Assembly: GCF_009734345.1 (NCBI RefSeq)
Contig: NZ_CP032551.1
Coordinates: 1,020,001-1,052,000, forward strand
DNA length: 32,000 nt
Origin: Pseudidiomarina andamanensis
Lineage (GTDB): Bacteria > Pseudomonadota > Gammaproteobacteria > Enterobacterales > Alteromonadaceae
Reading direction: 5' to 3'
Shown: piece after piece, positions 28,708 to 32,000 of the stretch
How the letters are laid out: each line of letters begins with the position of its first letter
How positions within the stretch are numbered: the stretch's first letter is position 1
Notes under the pieces: model-generated
What the model saw: only the letters and a program-made list of their open reading frames with translations
Database searches by the model: none
What the model was told of the DNA's origin: nothing
Program-made: the position numbers and the translations under genes

Positions 28708-28725
28708 GCTTACTTGTGGCGTTGA

Positions 28726-28753
28726 ATTCTAGCGATGTTGACAAATATGTCAA
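28726..28753 (-). promoter_or_regulatory. Sigma70-type promoter for the tRNA Ser-Arg-Arg operon
   Basis: On the minus strand: TTGACA (rc 28748-28753), a 16-nt spacer, then TAGAAT (rc 28726-28731). A GC-containing discriminator (TCAACGCC) follows and an A/T-rich tract (CCAAAAAATCG) lies upstream. About 18 nt upstream of the mature tRNA-Ser 5' end. Confidence 0.55.
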
Positions 28754-28867
28754 ACGATTTTTTGGAAAACGCTGTTCGTTTGTGGGATTTTTAAGCATCT
28801 GGATGAAAAATCCAACACAACGGGTTATTTTCACGCGAATTCACATTCCTGAAGGAACGCTCTAAAC

Positions 28868-28898
28868 GCAAAAAGCTGACCTTTCTAAAGTCAGCTTT
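28868..28898 (-). terminator. Intrinsic terminator after csrA
   Basis: Stem AAAGCTGAC (28872-28880) / GTCAGCTTT (28890-28898). The minus-strand RNA is followed by UUUUUGCGUUU. It lies 13 nt downstream of the csrA stop. Confidence 0.75.
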
Positions 28899-28910
28899 CT
28901 TACGCAAATC

Positions 28911-29105
28911 TTATTCTTTATCCGTTTTCTCGCCGTCTTGATGCTCAGCTTGAATACGCATATATATTTCTTCTCGGTGAACAGAGACGTCTTTCGGTGC
29001 GTTTACCCCAATTCGCACCTGATTCCCTTTTACACCCAATACAGTGACTGTGACCTCATCACCTATCATCAAGGTCTCACCCACTCTGCGGGTTAAGATC
29101 AACAT
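28911..29105 (-). CDS. csrA: Carbon storage regulator CsrA
   Basis: 64 aa. [48 protein letters not shown] is essentially identical to E. coli CsrA. GGAAGGAG RBS. Confidence 0.97.
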
Positions 29106-29334
29106 TAGCCTACTCCTTCCCTACTTCTGTTTTCCATACGGTTCAGTATAGAACATTACCGCACTGTCAGCCTGTCTAATTTTACTGCCCTATTGAATAT
29201 ATCACAATTGTTATAAGATTCACTAGCTCATCGCATATTTAATATGCGCAAATCAAATGGGGTGCTTATTTTAGCAAGTAACCAAATCTAACACACCCAC
29301 ATTTATACTTAAGCCATCTGTGATGTCGTACAAC

Positions 29335-31938
<2,604 letters not shown>

Positions 31939-32000
31939 CTACTTCCTACGACGTTTTGGGTAAAAAATGGACTAAAATATAAGGCGAAATGCTACCACGA

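Noticed and set aside
28614-28865. 83-aa ORF on the plus strand
   Set aside because: It runs antisense through the tRNA-Ser gene and the tRNA promoter region. It has no RBS and a low-complexity translation, so it is almost certainly spurious.

Overview
This window looks like core chromosome from a gammaproteobacterium. Gene content and order closely parallel E. coli, Vibrio and Alteromonadales: pabB-nudL-sdaA, cysB, yciH, tyrA next to rplS-trmD-rimM-rpsP-ffh, divergent ypjD-yfjD(corB), gshA, oadGAB, tRNA Arg-Arg-Ser, csrA and alaS. I call 31 protein-coding genes (one truncated at the window start), 3 tRNAs, several intrinsic terminators, one strong tRNA promoter and one striking heptamer repeat region. 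I found no transposase, integrase, phage, CRISPR, toxin-antitoxin or defence-type genes. I also see no convincing evidence for a wholly new multi-gene system, and most of the window is ordinary housekeeping DNA. Four leads are worth a second look. (1) An orphan partner-switching pair: a STAS antagonist plus a receiver-like/PP2C/RsbW-kinase fusion whose receiver appears degenerate. (2) Two secreted, translationally coupled amidohydrolase-fold proteins containing three homologous modules, of which only one keeps the HxH metal motif. (3) A hybrid histidine kinase with no sensor domain (HisKA-HATPase-REC-REC-Hpt), start/stop-coupled to a 57-aa two-TM peptide, plus a stand-alone receiver elsewhere in the window. 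(4) A 186-bp dyad-symmetric cloud of 7-bp repeats, (CGTTATT)x9 followed by inverted copies, between the tRNA operon and oadGAB. Several convergent gene pairs abut or overlap with no room for terminators. All functional calls rest on my own recognition of protein motifs and synteny, because no database search was possible.
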